A stretch of DNA of 63,738 nucleotides, filler included, from Sluysia triapertura (taxonomy: Eukaryota), in NCBI GenBank assembly GCA_046118255.1. It is 5 parts of 5 records of this genome, joined end to end, with 100 filler letters (N's around TTAATTAATTAA, not from the genome) between each part and the next. Parts side by side here need not be neighbours in the genome. Positions count along the whole stretch, not along the records: positions 1 to 11,700 come from JBJNIA010178252.1; positions 11,801 to 23,695 come from JBJNIA010159711.1; 3 more parts are not named here. One strand, 5' to 3'. Position 1 is the stretch's first letter, and each line of letters begins with the position of its first letter. Shown in pieces: positions 1 through 17,666 of this stretch. The position numbers were made by a program, and so were the translations under genes. Under the pieces are notes generated by a model, which was not told the DNA's origin, made no database searches, and worked only from the letters and a program-made list of their open reading frames with translations.

Positions 1-1209
1 AAGTATGTCAATAATAATAATTGTTATTTTAATGTAAGAAGTGATTCATGAAAAACTAGATCGAGTAGAGTAGAAGACAATATGAGAGTTGATTGTTAAT
101 CGAATTATTTTGTTTTGTTTGACAGGTCTTACTTTGTAAGTGTCAAAGTCGTTTCAGTCGGTTTAATCTTTAAAGAAGGTTTTGATGATTTGTGTAAAGG
201 TAATTCCTGATTGTGAGTTTGAGAATGATTGGACGGTAAAGAGATATAAAAGCGAATACATAGAAAATTTTTCACACAACACTTAAGACTAGGTTTAGGA
301 GAAAAAAGAAAATCAATGATGATGGTAACATTTTTGTTTACTTTATAATTTTAATTATTTAAATCAGCTTAATATTTTTGTTTATTTTATAATTTTAATT
401 AATTAATATCTTTTTTTATATTTTTGGTGGCTCCCTGTCCGAATGGTTATTACTTAACTATTATTTTAAGAGACTCCCTGCCCAAATTATTTTTAGTTTT
501 TTGGCTATTAAGTTAAAATAAAAATATTTGACAAGACGTAAATATAATTGTTATCGACTTTAATTTTTGTAGATATTGGTATTTTAATTTTGCTAATTGT
601 TGCGTTACCTTTTGTTTCCTTTAACATATTATTGCGTGTTTAATATCTATAATAAACAGATATAATGTTGACTTTAAGATTTAATCATTATTAGTTAATT
701 TATTCATGTTCTTATATTTGATTTTTGTAGTTAATATGGTATATATTTGTTGTTTTTATTTTGAAAAGAATAAATAATTTTTGAGTTAATTCAACTATTG
801 AGTTCTTGCTAATAATTTTGATTTAAGAAGCAAAATACTTTACACTTAATACAATATTTATTTATTTTATGCAGGACAACCAATTAATTTCGATTATTAA
901 ATTTTTGATTGAATCCCTAATTTATGTGCATGATCCAAAAAATAGCATATTTTGCTACGAATTCTTGTGAAATGAAATCCATCAGTTAAACAAATCTTAT
1001 AACCTATAAACGAGTTTAGTAGCATACATAAAAGTTATTTATTTGCTATTAGTTTTTATCGTATCAAAAAAATTCCTTTACTTGCATTTGTTAAATCTAA
1101 AATTATCAAAATATTTTAAGTAAAAACTTTAAAAATAATACATTAATTTCAAATAAACCAAAAAACTAAAATAATTTTATCTAATTTTATTAAACAAAAG
1201 TTAAAATAA

Positions 1210-4183
1210 TTAACTAAATATTCTGAAAGTTTTTATATTTCTTTCGTTTAAAGTTACAGTTCCATTAATGTTTAGCAGTTCTTTATTTTTATTGAAATTA
1301 TTTTTTCTGTTGCTTTCTTTCCAAACTAAACGTTTCATATCTTTTATATTTTGATTAGCTGATAGATTTAATTCCTCGATTCGTCGAACATTGAAAAATT
1401 TAGAAAAAATTTGAACAAGATCTAAGGATATCCGCGAATTTAAATCTTGTAAATTTTCCAATCGTACGATTTTGTAATCAATTTCATTATTAGAATTGAA
1501 ATGATTTTCTAAACTTAAAATATGCACATCCTTCGGTAATGAAATATCAATGAATTTTTTAATATGATTTTTAATAATAAATTTATACGGAATATTAATT
1601 CGTCTTGATATAGACAGTAATGGTGTATTAAATAATTTTAAAGCGTCTATGCGTCGTCGTTCTAATAAATTGTTCCCTAAATCGACAGTATAATAATGCT
1701 TTCCTCGAACAATCAAACCTTTTCCATCGATTCCTGTTTCATTCAAAGCCTCACCTACTCCTAATTTATCATCATATAAGCATCGACGATGTAACATTAA
1801 TTGAATCATACCATTTTGATAAGCACCACCACCTTGAGAACGATCTGTGTGAATTAATATTCCTTTTCCGTTGTGCTCATCTAAAACCAAAACTGATGAA
1901 TCAATAGGATAATAATTTCCAGCGACAGGTTCTGTTTGATTGAATATATAATCGGATCTATAATTTATTTTTCGCATAATTAGTTGACGTCCATTTGAAT
2001 CAGTGAAAAACGATTGTCCATTCTCAATTTCTAAATCAAAATGCATCACAACTTCTTTACCAATTTCATCTTCAACAGGAATTGGTCCTACAGTCCATTC
2101 AGACTCTATTAAATCCGAATAGCTGTATAATCGTGTTACTAATGACAACCAACTGGAAAATTTCTGATGCACTTCCTGCACAAACTTATTACGAATAATT
2201 TTCACATCAATATCATCAGTAGTATTAATCATTTTGTTAATTTTGGGTCTAAATATATAGGCACCTGAATTTTGAATTTCATCAGGTCCACTCGATAAAT
2301 AATACGCTAACTTTTGTTGAATTTTCAATAATACATTTGACTTTTTGTTTAGAATTTGTGATAAATAACCATTGTTATATTGTAATTGAATATATTCATT
2401 TTCTATTGAAAATGATTTAGTTTTAATATTTCTAAAATAACTTCGATTATATTTTACAAAATACTTGTTGCTTAATTTTGATTGATTTCTTATCAAACTA
2501 AATGTTAAATAACCAAATTTTGGAATTTTAACAGGAAAAATTAATTCAAAATTTGCTTTAGATGATTTGCTTCTTTCTGGAATACTTAAAGTAATGTTGG
2601 ATATTGGAATAAGTTGGAAGTCAATTTCTGTAGAATTTTCATCAAATAGATAATATTTATCTAATTTTGAATTCACAGAAACAGGTAATCTAATCCAATG
2701 TGATATATTAATTTCAAGTTGATTATAAACAACTAAAATTACTTTTTTGTTTGGTATTAAATTGTCTGTTAAATTACAGTAACTAATATTTAATAAGTTA
2801 CATAATGCAAAATCTAAATTTAGATTTTTTAATTCCATTATTTTATGTAATGATGCATTAATTACTGACTCACAAGAATTAATACCTAAAGTTAGCCTTT
2901 TCATATAATCGTATGTTACATGCTGTTTTTCTGTTCCTGTTATCGAATCATGATGTTGCAAAATACCCATTTGATGAGACATACTGATTATTTGTTTATT
3001 TAAATTGATATCATTTAAATTACTGTGAACATACAGTTTTTTACACGCCTGAAAAATTGCATTACCCATGCGTATGAAACCTTTAGTTGATGGTTTACTA
3101 GAAAAGTAGCCAGTCCAGTAAGAATGTGTATCACTTGCATATGGAAAGAAATCATCTAATTTTAATGTGTAATGCTGTCCAGCTTTATTAACTGCATATG
3201 TGTAACATGATGGTGTTGAATAAAATAAATTAAATTTTTTCTGATATTTATTTGTGTAATAAATTAATTTATCAATATTTTTAAAATTATGAAAAGCATT
3301 TTGAAATTGAAAGTCACAACCCATAGGTACTAATATATGATTTGTTGTATATGATTTAGAAATAGTCTCTAAATCATTTATAAACTCTTCTACTTTAGAC
3401 TTAACATTATAATCAAAAGAGTTTGGATTATCAATAATAGGTTCATCATAACATTCTTGATCAAAACAAAAATTGCTCAAAGTACAATAAGTGTCAAACA
3501 TAATACTAGTAAATAACTTCGATTTGGATTCAGAATTTAGAAATTGCCCACTTTGAATAAATTCCATTCGTTTTTCTGTACTGCGTTGTTCATGATCTCT
3601 ATAATCTAATCGAGAAATAAAAAGAGCATCGTAACCAACAGAATTGAATATATTTGCTTGTTCTATTGAATGACCAAAAGGATCAATTTGCCAAGATACT
3701 AATGGTAAACCGCATTTTCCAAATGTTCTGTTTAGAAAATCTAATCCTAAAGTTAGTTGATCAATAATAGCAGTGTAATGTGCAGCTGCTTCATCATTCA
3801 TAGACCAACCACCGAGTAAAAATTGTAGTTGACCACTATTAATCATATTTTTGACTAATTCCTTGGTGTTATCATTTTGATCTTGCCACCATTTATAAAA
3901 ATAGACTATTTCTACGTAACTAAAACGGCGATCTGGATTTTGTTGCAATGCTAATATCACAGTATCCAGTATATATTGTACACCAGCCCTTTGAATCGAA
4001 TCTTTATTGCCATAGTAATATTGATCAACAGTTTTTAGCCACCCAACATCATCATGTGTATGAGGAATTAAATGAACATTTATTTGTTCAGAATTACCAA
4101 TATTACATCCTTCGTATCCACATTTACTATATATCGTGGAAATAACTGATGAAAGTATTAAAATATACCACAAGATTGTTTTC
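1210..4183 (-). CDS. MAN2B1: Lysosomal alpha-mannosidase (GH38, MAN2B1-like), single large coding exon
   Basis: 987-aa ORF with GH38 motifs: VHLIPHTHDDVGWLKTVDQY (Zn ligands), WQIDPFGHS (nucleophile Asp), QHHDSITGT, SGAYIFRP, FFTDSNGR, EPVAGNYYP, LMLHRR. The ORF begins at TTG with no in-frame ATG; a good acceptor (TATTTCAG|G) precedes 4183 and is followed by a signal-peptide-like KTILWYILILSSVISTIYS. Confidence 0.95.
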
Positions 4184-5091
4184 CTGAAATATAATATACA
4201 AGAAGTAAGAATAAAATGAATATTAATAAAAGAATAAAATAAAATCCCATGATGGATTATGTTTGTTAAATCTTTGAGTTAAAAAGAAAGAACGAAAGAT
4301 ACGAAGATAAGGTTTTACTCTTGAGAATATAAAAGTACATTTAATTAACTTAATTAGAAATTATTTCGACTTAATAACTTTATGTTAGATGTTGATGCAT
4401 AAGAAAATAATATATGAACTGAGTGTAATGTTGAGTATCACAAATGTTTCTAATATCGAAATGTTGCAAAACATGTAAAAATTAACTTTCTATAGTGTAA
4501 AGCTACATTAATGTATGTTGCAGCATTAATGCATAATAAAAATATATGCTGAATCAATTAAGGTACGTATTGAAATCGATATGTAACGTATGTTGACGTA
4601 TGACGTACTGCATTACAAGTTATAATGGTAAAGACATTTTGGTATTTAATTGATTTTATGTTTAATTAAATTAATGTATAAATCAAATAGTAAACATTAC
4701 TCTGATATTCGTATTGAATTTTGATTTTAATATGTTAATTAGAGAAGAGGATTGTTTGCCATAAATCTCATTATCTTTGGGCAATTGCAACTCAACAGAA
4801 ATTATTATTAAAATTGGTTACTTTATAACCGACTGAAAAGAATAAATAATTATACAAAGTGTTGTGTTTTTATTTAAAAGTAGAATTATCAGTTATTCTT
4901 TAATCGCAATATCCAGTATTCTTCTTCTAACTGCTAAATTTTTAGGAAGTTTAAAAATTATAATAGATAACTTCTACTAGCTGCAGTTCTGTTAACCGCC
5001 ACATTGTTTAAAAAATATTTTTATGATTTATTTTTATTTTTGACGTTTTAATATTAATTGTTTATGAAAAATTTTTCATTGGACCTTATTT

Positions 5092-5724
5092 ATGGTAAAA
5101 CGAAAGTGCGTAAAATTAATTGTTTAAACTGAAATTTTGAAGTACTTTGAATCTTATCTTGTATATTCAGACATCAGAGTAACAGAGTTTTTCTAAGGTA
5201 AATTAAATGTGATCAGAAGAAAGAATGATTTTTTGATTCAAAGTGCTGATCTTGTACACAAAAGTGGTTGGCGAATTCCAGTTTTAGACAAAGAATCTTC
5301 TGCAAGAATTGATAGACTTGCAGAAAGAGCTGCTGTCATTATAGATAATATAATAAAAGAAAAGGTAGTTCAAGTAGCATACAAGATTTTAAATCCTCAC
5401 AATGGTGGATAAGAATTTTTGTTGAAGTTAAGAAATATACACGGTGAATCACATACCATGTCGACCATACAGCCTGAAGAATATGAACCAGAAAATGTTT
5501 ATAATGCTGATTTTACAGGCATCTTTTACAAACTTATTCCGTCTAAATCAGTACGTAAAAATGTTAGGAATGGTTATAAAATATTGAAAGATAGAAAATC
5601 TGTTTTATTTGGTGTAAATATGAAAGGAAGTCATAAATTAAATTTTCTAGACATTCACGTTTCCGATTTCATCTTCGAAGGTATAAAAGTTCATCATGCA
5701 TATTTATTACTAAAATATACATGA
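5092..5724 (+). mobile_element. Degenerate pogo/Tigger (CENP-B/DDE_1) transposase remnant
   Basis: HNGG/W..LRNIHGES, YEPENVYNADFTGIFYKLIP (cf. NxDETGLFYK), KDRKSVLFGVNMKGSHKL; interrupted by stops and frameshifts. Confidence 0.8.
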
Positions 5725-6384
5725 ATTTATAGATTTTAAAATTGTTAAATGTTGGGATTGCCAAACTGCTGATCGGAAAATGAGTGAGAAACACATAGAA
5801 CTGGTAGAAATAAAGGAAGGACATTATAAAAATTAAAACATCTATAATAATGTTAATAGCTGAAGAATACCTTGTAGTTACAAAGACTTACATTATTGAG
5901 ATGGGCTGTGAACTTGTTGACCTAGAGATCATGTGAAACTTCATTGGCCTTTAAGTATTCTTGAAACCTTGCTAAGCACTTAAGATCTTTGAGTAATCTT
6001 ATAAATTATTTAGAGTATTTGAGAAATAAAATCATTGCTATTGGCGTAGCGAACTCAAATTTAAAATACAACAATTACAGATATAATCATAAGCAAACTC
6101 CAACACAAATTAAAAAATCTTACACAAACAAGTCAATAAACAAACTATTATCAAATCACCATCAATACATGTAAATTTTAAACAGTTCTTATAATATCAT
6201 TTTTTGTTAAATTTTATCTATTATTGTTATTAATATCATTTGTTATATTTGTAATAATAATAAAAATGATAGTAATAATAATAACAATAATCGTAAACGA
6301 TATTTTACTTATTTTCGGAAAATACTGTTCCAAATGATAGGTTATAAGAAATAACACCACATAACAACAATAATTTTCGTTTCA

Positions 6385-6960
6385 AGAAATAAATTCTCGT
6401 GTTACAAACAATAAACAGCCTTTTTATCGTCCAACGATGTTCAGGAAAAAAGTTCAGGAACTACGAAATATCTTTATCAATTAATTGAAGATTCATGGCA
6501 GAAAGATCCTTTATCGAGACCAAATTTTGAGAACATCAAAAATCAGATGAAAAAATTCAACAAAAGCGGAGATTCTGGTAATATTATTGATAATCTTTTT
6601 TTCCAGAATGTAACAATATGCTATAAATTTAGAAGATTTAGTTGATTAAAGAACAAAGGATTATTCTAAAAAAACAAGGAGCCGAAGATTTATTGTATTC
6701 TATTTGCCAAAATCAATAGCACACCAACTTATCAATAGACAGATCGTAATTGCAGAAAGTTATGATATGCATTATCAGCAAAATAATAAAATAATAAAAT
6801 TGCTCAATCGTTTATACACTACTTTCAATTCTTTATCGAAATTTATATCTATAAATTAGAAACTGTCAGAGATACCTATAGGGTTTGTAAGAGTTTACTT
6901 CAATTGAATGACCATTGCTTTTGTGGAAGCTGTTTCGCGTTTTGTAATTCCACATAGACG
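6385..6960 (+). pseudogene. Intronless pseudogene fragment of a receptor guanylyl cyclase (end of kinase-homology domain, hinge, start of cyclase domain)
   Basis: Manual translation across frameshifts: PFYRPT...QLIEDSWQKDPLSRPNFENIK...NIIDNL...NLEDLVD*RTKDY...EDLLY..LPKSIAHQL...AESYD...IYKLETVRDTY (cf. VYKVETIGDAY)...FVIPH. Confidence 0.8.
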
Positions 6961-6999
6961 ACTCTTGTTCATTCAATACCTCTCAAAATCCATATCAGT

Positions 7000-9900
7000 A
7001 AATCTGTTGGGATGCAGGCCCAAAGTGCCATAGAATAATAATAGTGTAATTGACTGTAATAAAACAAAATTGTTAGAGAGGTCTGATAGCTCGGCGACTA
7101 GCTAATTAAAAATCATGTGTATGAACTGCCCTTCGTGGATGAAGTATTGGAGGGTCCCTGTGACTCTGGAAAAGTTTTTCTTGAGTTCACTGTCAACGGC
7201 CGGACATGAAGATCTCGTTGGTTGGGGGTACATCCGCCATTATCATACCCAATGACCTTCTAGGTCAGTCTGCATGGATTGTATTTCAACGAATGAAAAT
7301 TTTATGTTATTTTCATCACTTAGCCTTCAATTCACTTTTAATATCCCGGACGATGAGGCTGCTGATGATGAGGATCAAGTTGCGATTCTGCGCCTAGTCC
7401 TAGTGATGCAGATTTTACGTTCCGGTATCTTAATGATGATGAAGTTTTTACTTTTGATTTGAAGACCCATTAAAGACAAAAGCGATAAAGTTGATGATTA
7501 TATAGTAGTTCCAGTGATTGAAGATGTAGCTGTCGCTTATACTATTGATGCCGCATTTCCCGGATAGTTTCCTGATGAAGCCAAATTGTTCCAGCCCATT
7601 AAAGTTATAGATGATTTCAATGATGATATGGTAAATTAAGATATTGATGATGCACCTGGTGATGCTACTGCTGATATTCCTGATGCTTTAATGCTGCTGA
7701 TCTTGCTCCTGCTGTTGTTCTTGACAATAATGCCGTTGCCGATATTGCTGGTTTTGCTTCTGTAGTTCCTGCTATTCATGTTGCTGCTGAGCTTTCTGCA
7801 CGGGGTATGTCTCCTGCTAGACCAATTTATCCTGAGTATCCAGCTGTCTACCTGGATGTTCCTGACAATGTATCCTGAGTCTCTTGCACAAGGTCTGTCC
7901 GCAGTTAGGCCGTTGTGCTCCAGGCATCGAGTAAGCCGTACTGATGTGGTACCTGCTGCTCACCAGGTTGTTCAAGCCAGTCCATCAGGTACCTTGATAG
8001 TGCCAGTTTGTGCATTTCTTATTTTTCTATATGTGATCCGATCTTTTTCTTGTTTATGCCTGTTCTTTAAATGTGTGATTGATGTTGTGATTCATTATGT
8101 CAAATTTATTACATCCTTTCTCTTACTAGTTAACTTCCAGCTAGTTAACTTTCTCCGGAGATGATCCCGGCCCTAATGATCTTTGGCTCTATGAAGACGA
8201 GATAGAGTTGTATTTTGTTTACACATCTAGTATCTGCCTTATCTCTTCCAAGTCACTTTCCTTTCTTAACAATCCGCGACACTTTAAAGCACTTACTCTT
8301 GGTTACAACCCTGATTGCAACTTCATTTGTGCAATATTGCATATTGCCAAGCACTTTGCCCTCCTTGATATGGACTTAAACAAAGGTCAGTCCTATGTTC
8401 CTGACCCACTCCATGCCCTAATAATTCTACCACCATCTCCAAGGGTAGAATTTGCAGGCTCATAAATCTACCTGATCTTTCATTTCTTGAGCATACGCCT
8501 CAGCCCTTCCTACTCCAGCCAAACTCTCATGACTGTGGTGTTATGGTTTGTGGACACTTTGATGCTGTTTCTTGGGGACGTTCTCTTTCTTCATTTGATT
8601 ATGCTGCTATTCGTAGGTTCCTACGTCCTCATGAAAGTAAAAATCTCACTAAGCGGGCTAAAACCATTGTTACGGGTTTTCTTTCACCAAACCCTAAAAA
8701 CTTGATAAACGTTTCACACCTCCCTAAACCCTAATTCTTCTACCAAGGATTTTCATTCTTCCACTACTAATAAAATTACGAAGGTTCTAGCCTCCAATAA
8801 TTCTAAATTTATTATAAAAGCTTTCCCTAACCCTAAATCTTACTTATATGTCTGGCGCTCCAAGGAGAAACATGTATCACTTCCTGGTGATGAACGTACC
8901 ATTTTACTTGAAAAACCTAAACTTTCCCTTGTCTAGCATTCGTTCCTAATGCTTCTCACCTCCCTGGCCCTAAAGTTTTAAATATCAAACAGATGCGTAA
9001 ACGACGCCCTGCTAACACCAAATTGCGCCACAGATCTAAACTAAGAACAATTAAATCGTCAGATAATCTGAACCTTATAATCATTTTCCCCAATGATGTC
9101 TCTTCTGCCTAGCTCGCTTTCACTGAGACAACAAACTCTTCCATGACATTTGGCTTCACAACATTAAACTTTATCCTCCACGAAAACGGTAATGTCATTT
9201 TCTGCCAACGTCTTCATCCTGTTATTCCTGCTGATGAGAAGACTAGGCTTACTGAGACTCTGGCCGTAGTTCCTCCTACACAAACTACACCTATTCATCC
9301 AGACAGTTTTCCTCTATTGACGATTCCACCCTCGTCTCTATTGAGATTTCTAATAAGGTCTCTTTGCTCTCTCCTAATGCTGATAACTCCATATCTGATA
9401 ATTCTAAAGTTAAAGAGGTTATCCTTACAAACTGCGATCATGCCGCACCTATTTCTTCAATCATATTTCTTCACCAATCCCCATCACACTATGCTCTGTT
9501 GATCTTGATATCGGTTGCTTCCCCCGTTTTCAGATGTTTTGGTTGCTAATTTTCAAGTGAGAGTGACTTTCACGAGCCTCAATCATTGTTATCTGCCTGG
9601 ATATACCACGAAGGGTATCTCTATGAAAACCGACAAAGATGTATATGAAATTCGTGGGAAATATTCCCAAAACATACTCTCACGACACTGTTTAATGACC
9701 TAATTATCCTTCATTCTTGTGGTTCTACTATCCGATGGGAAGACTTTACCTCCTCCCACAGTGTCTACTGAAAAGCTCTTGATCCAACTGCACACAAAAC
9801 CCTGACCAAATGCTTTATACCGTCATTGATTCTACATCTGTCCGATGTCATTCGTGCGGTATAAAACAAAAATTCAACCCCAGCAATGGCAACAGTCTTT

Positions 9901-10730
9901 GCAGATACCAACGCAATAAGCACAAATCTTCTTAAAAATTTCTTAAATGTTCCTACGCCCTCATCTTTGAGGATCACACAAACCTTACCAAACATCTTCT
10001 TACCCACACCTCTCCTAACAATCTACCCACTAAAACGACCACCAGGGACTTGGATCCAATCCACGAATCCGATTGACTAACCCTTGGCGCAATCATGACT
10101 TTCTTTAACGCGTACATCGTTGATGCTCATTCTCTGTTACTATGTTCAATTTTGCTATGTTCAATGACGAACAAGTTTCCCTTCTCGAAATATTCAGCTT
10201 GGCATTTTTAATAAATAACAGAATTTCTTCTGCATTATTGACTCTCGTTTATTTTATCCACGTCACATTTTCCTCCTGTGTGATTATTTATCTAACGTCG
10301 TGATTGAGTCTACATCTTTTCCCGTCTACCCGTCACATTAAATTTATTCTTTATCCAACACAGGAAGGCCATACCTGTGGCCCCTTTATCTGCGACATTT
10401 CCGCCTTCCTTTCCACCTTCTCAATCTCAATATGAATACATAAAAACTGAGTAGCCCGCATGCGAAGTAATCCAAGAATCTCCCTCAATGATGAAAACGC
10501 TCGTCAAATATTTAAACATTTTCTGGGCTCTAAAACCTTTCCTCATAATAATAATTTCTTTTTTTGCGCATAAAAACCACGGTGGTCTCAGCTCCTCCTG
10601 CGATGGCTACATGTGCCAAAATATAGTCTGTACCTTTAGATTCTTCAATAGTCACACCTCTTTTATCCGCACCCTTGCGCTGAATGAACTGTTGAGAGTC
10701 GCTTTATTATATTTATATTTAGATTAAATA
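7000..10730 (+). mobile_element. Decayed, internally deleted NeSL/R5-like non-LTR retrotransposon with zinc-finger remnants and two Ulp1-like protease domains
   Basis: GC-richer than flanks. LGVH C2H2-like remnant ~7220; acidic/Ala/Pro low-complexity region 7330-7900; Ulp1 motifs IDVVIHY...HFALLDMD...PDPL...QPNSHDCGVMVC (8075-8550); FRCFGC ~9530; second set D(W/*)LTLGAI...IIDS...PTQEGHTCGPFIC (10070-10395); post-RT motif FFAHKNHGGLS..YMCQNIV..FRFF (10560-10650). No RT core seen. Ends approximate. Confidence 0.65.
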
Positions 10731-11635
10731 ATTTTTGATATTGTGAGGTCCCCTGACCAAGTTATTTTTGATAAAATCATTAAGAAATATTTAATTGAGT
10801 AATTTTGAGTTTATAATATTAAAATTGTGAATCAATTAATTGTAAATTTTTGCAGTCTACATATTTAATTTTTGCGTAGAAACTCTTGTTAGTTGCGTTA
10901 CCCTTGATTTCTTGATTAAACTATTGCGTTGTTAATATTATCATAGAATTATCTGGTGCTAATTTCTATTAAATACAGTTTATAGATATCTTTGATATTT
11001 TGGACATTTTGTTCTATTAAGATTTATTAATTGTGAGTTTAGTTAATTTTAGTTAGTTCATTGTGTAATTGTAATATTTGCATCACATTGAATATAATTG
11101 AGTAAAATGTTTTTGATCTTAACACATTTTTAAATTTAATTCTAGTTTTAAGTAAATTAATTAGTAATAAGGAGTTATTGGGAAATAACAAATCTATTTG
11201 TGTTATTGTTAAGGAAGAAACTGATAGTGATAAATTGATGTTGATTTTGCGATTATTAGATTTCATTGAGATCTAGAATAAATTATTGTTAAGTAATTTC
11301 AAAGTAATTTTGAAGATCATTATTAGAGTTCATAATTGGGTAATAAAATTATCAACATTTCTGGAACTTCAAAATCTTTATAAACATTAAATATTAAAAA
11401 TTATCATTATGTAATAATGATTAATAAAACTATTCATATTTTTAGACAATCGAAAGAATTTATGCATTAAAAATTGTTTAATAACTAAATCGATTAATGA
11501 AATTATTAACATCTTTAAAACATGTCACTGCATTTTCAAAATTTTACATAACAAAAATAATAAAATTGTTATTTTTAAGTTTAAACATGGATTTATATAT
11601 TAAACCAATTAACATAATATTTTTAATATAAATAT

Positions 11636-11638
<3 letters not shown>

Positions 11639-11695
<57 letters not shown>

Positions 11696-11700
11696 TAATA
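11639..11700 (+). repeat. (AAT)n microsatellite ending at the assembly gap
   Basis: Directly visible trinucleotide run. Confidence 0.95.
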
Positions 11701-11800
11701 NNNNNNNNNNNNNNNNNNNNNNNNNNNNNNNNNNNNNNNNNNNNTTAATTAATTAANNNNNNNNNNNNNNNNNNNNNNNNNNNNNNNNNNNNNNNNNNNN
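11701..11800. other. Artificial contig spacer N44-TTAATTAATTAA-N44
   Basis: Identical 100-bp spacer occurs four times; the 12-mer gives stops in all six frames. Confidence 0.97.
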
Positions 11801-11801
11801 G

Positions 11802-11929
11802 TGTCTGCCAGCCATTTTTAACTCCACAGAACGCAGAGCAGACATAAAGCAGAACAAACCAGATACAGCACTCTTGTTTTTGTCTGGTTTGTCTCTTCGA
11901 GTTCCCAGCAAAGTCATGGCGTGACTTTG
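11802..11929 (-). other. Candidate structured element (three adjacent stem-loops) in DDX3 intron 3
   Basis: Perfect stems 11802-11808/11838-11844, 11854-11863/11883-11892 and 11909-11916/11922-11929; GC well above background. Confidence 0.4.
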
Positions 11930-11940
11930 TTGTAAAATTA

Positions 11941-17666
<5,726 letters not shown>

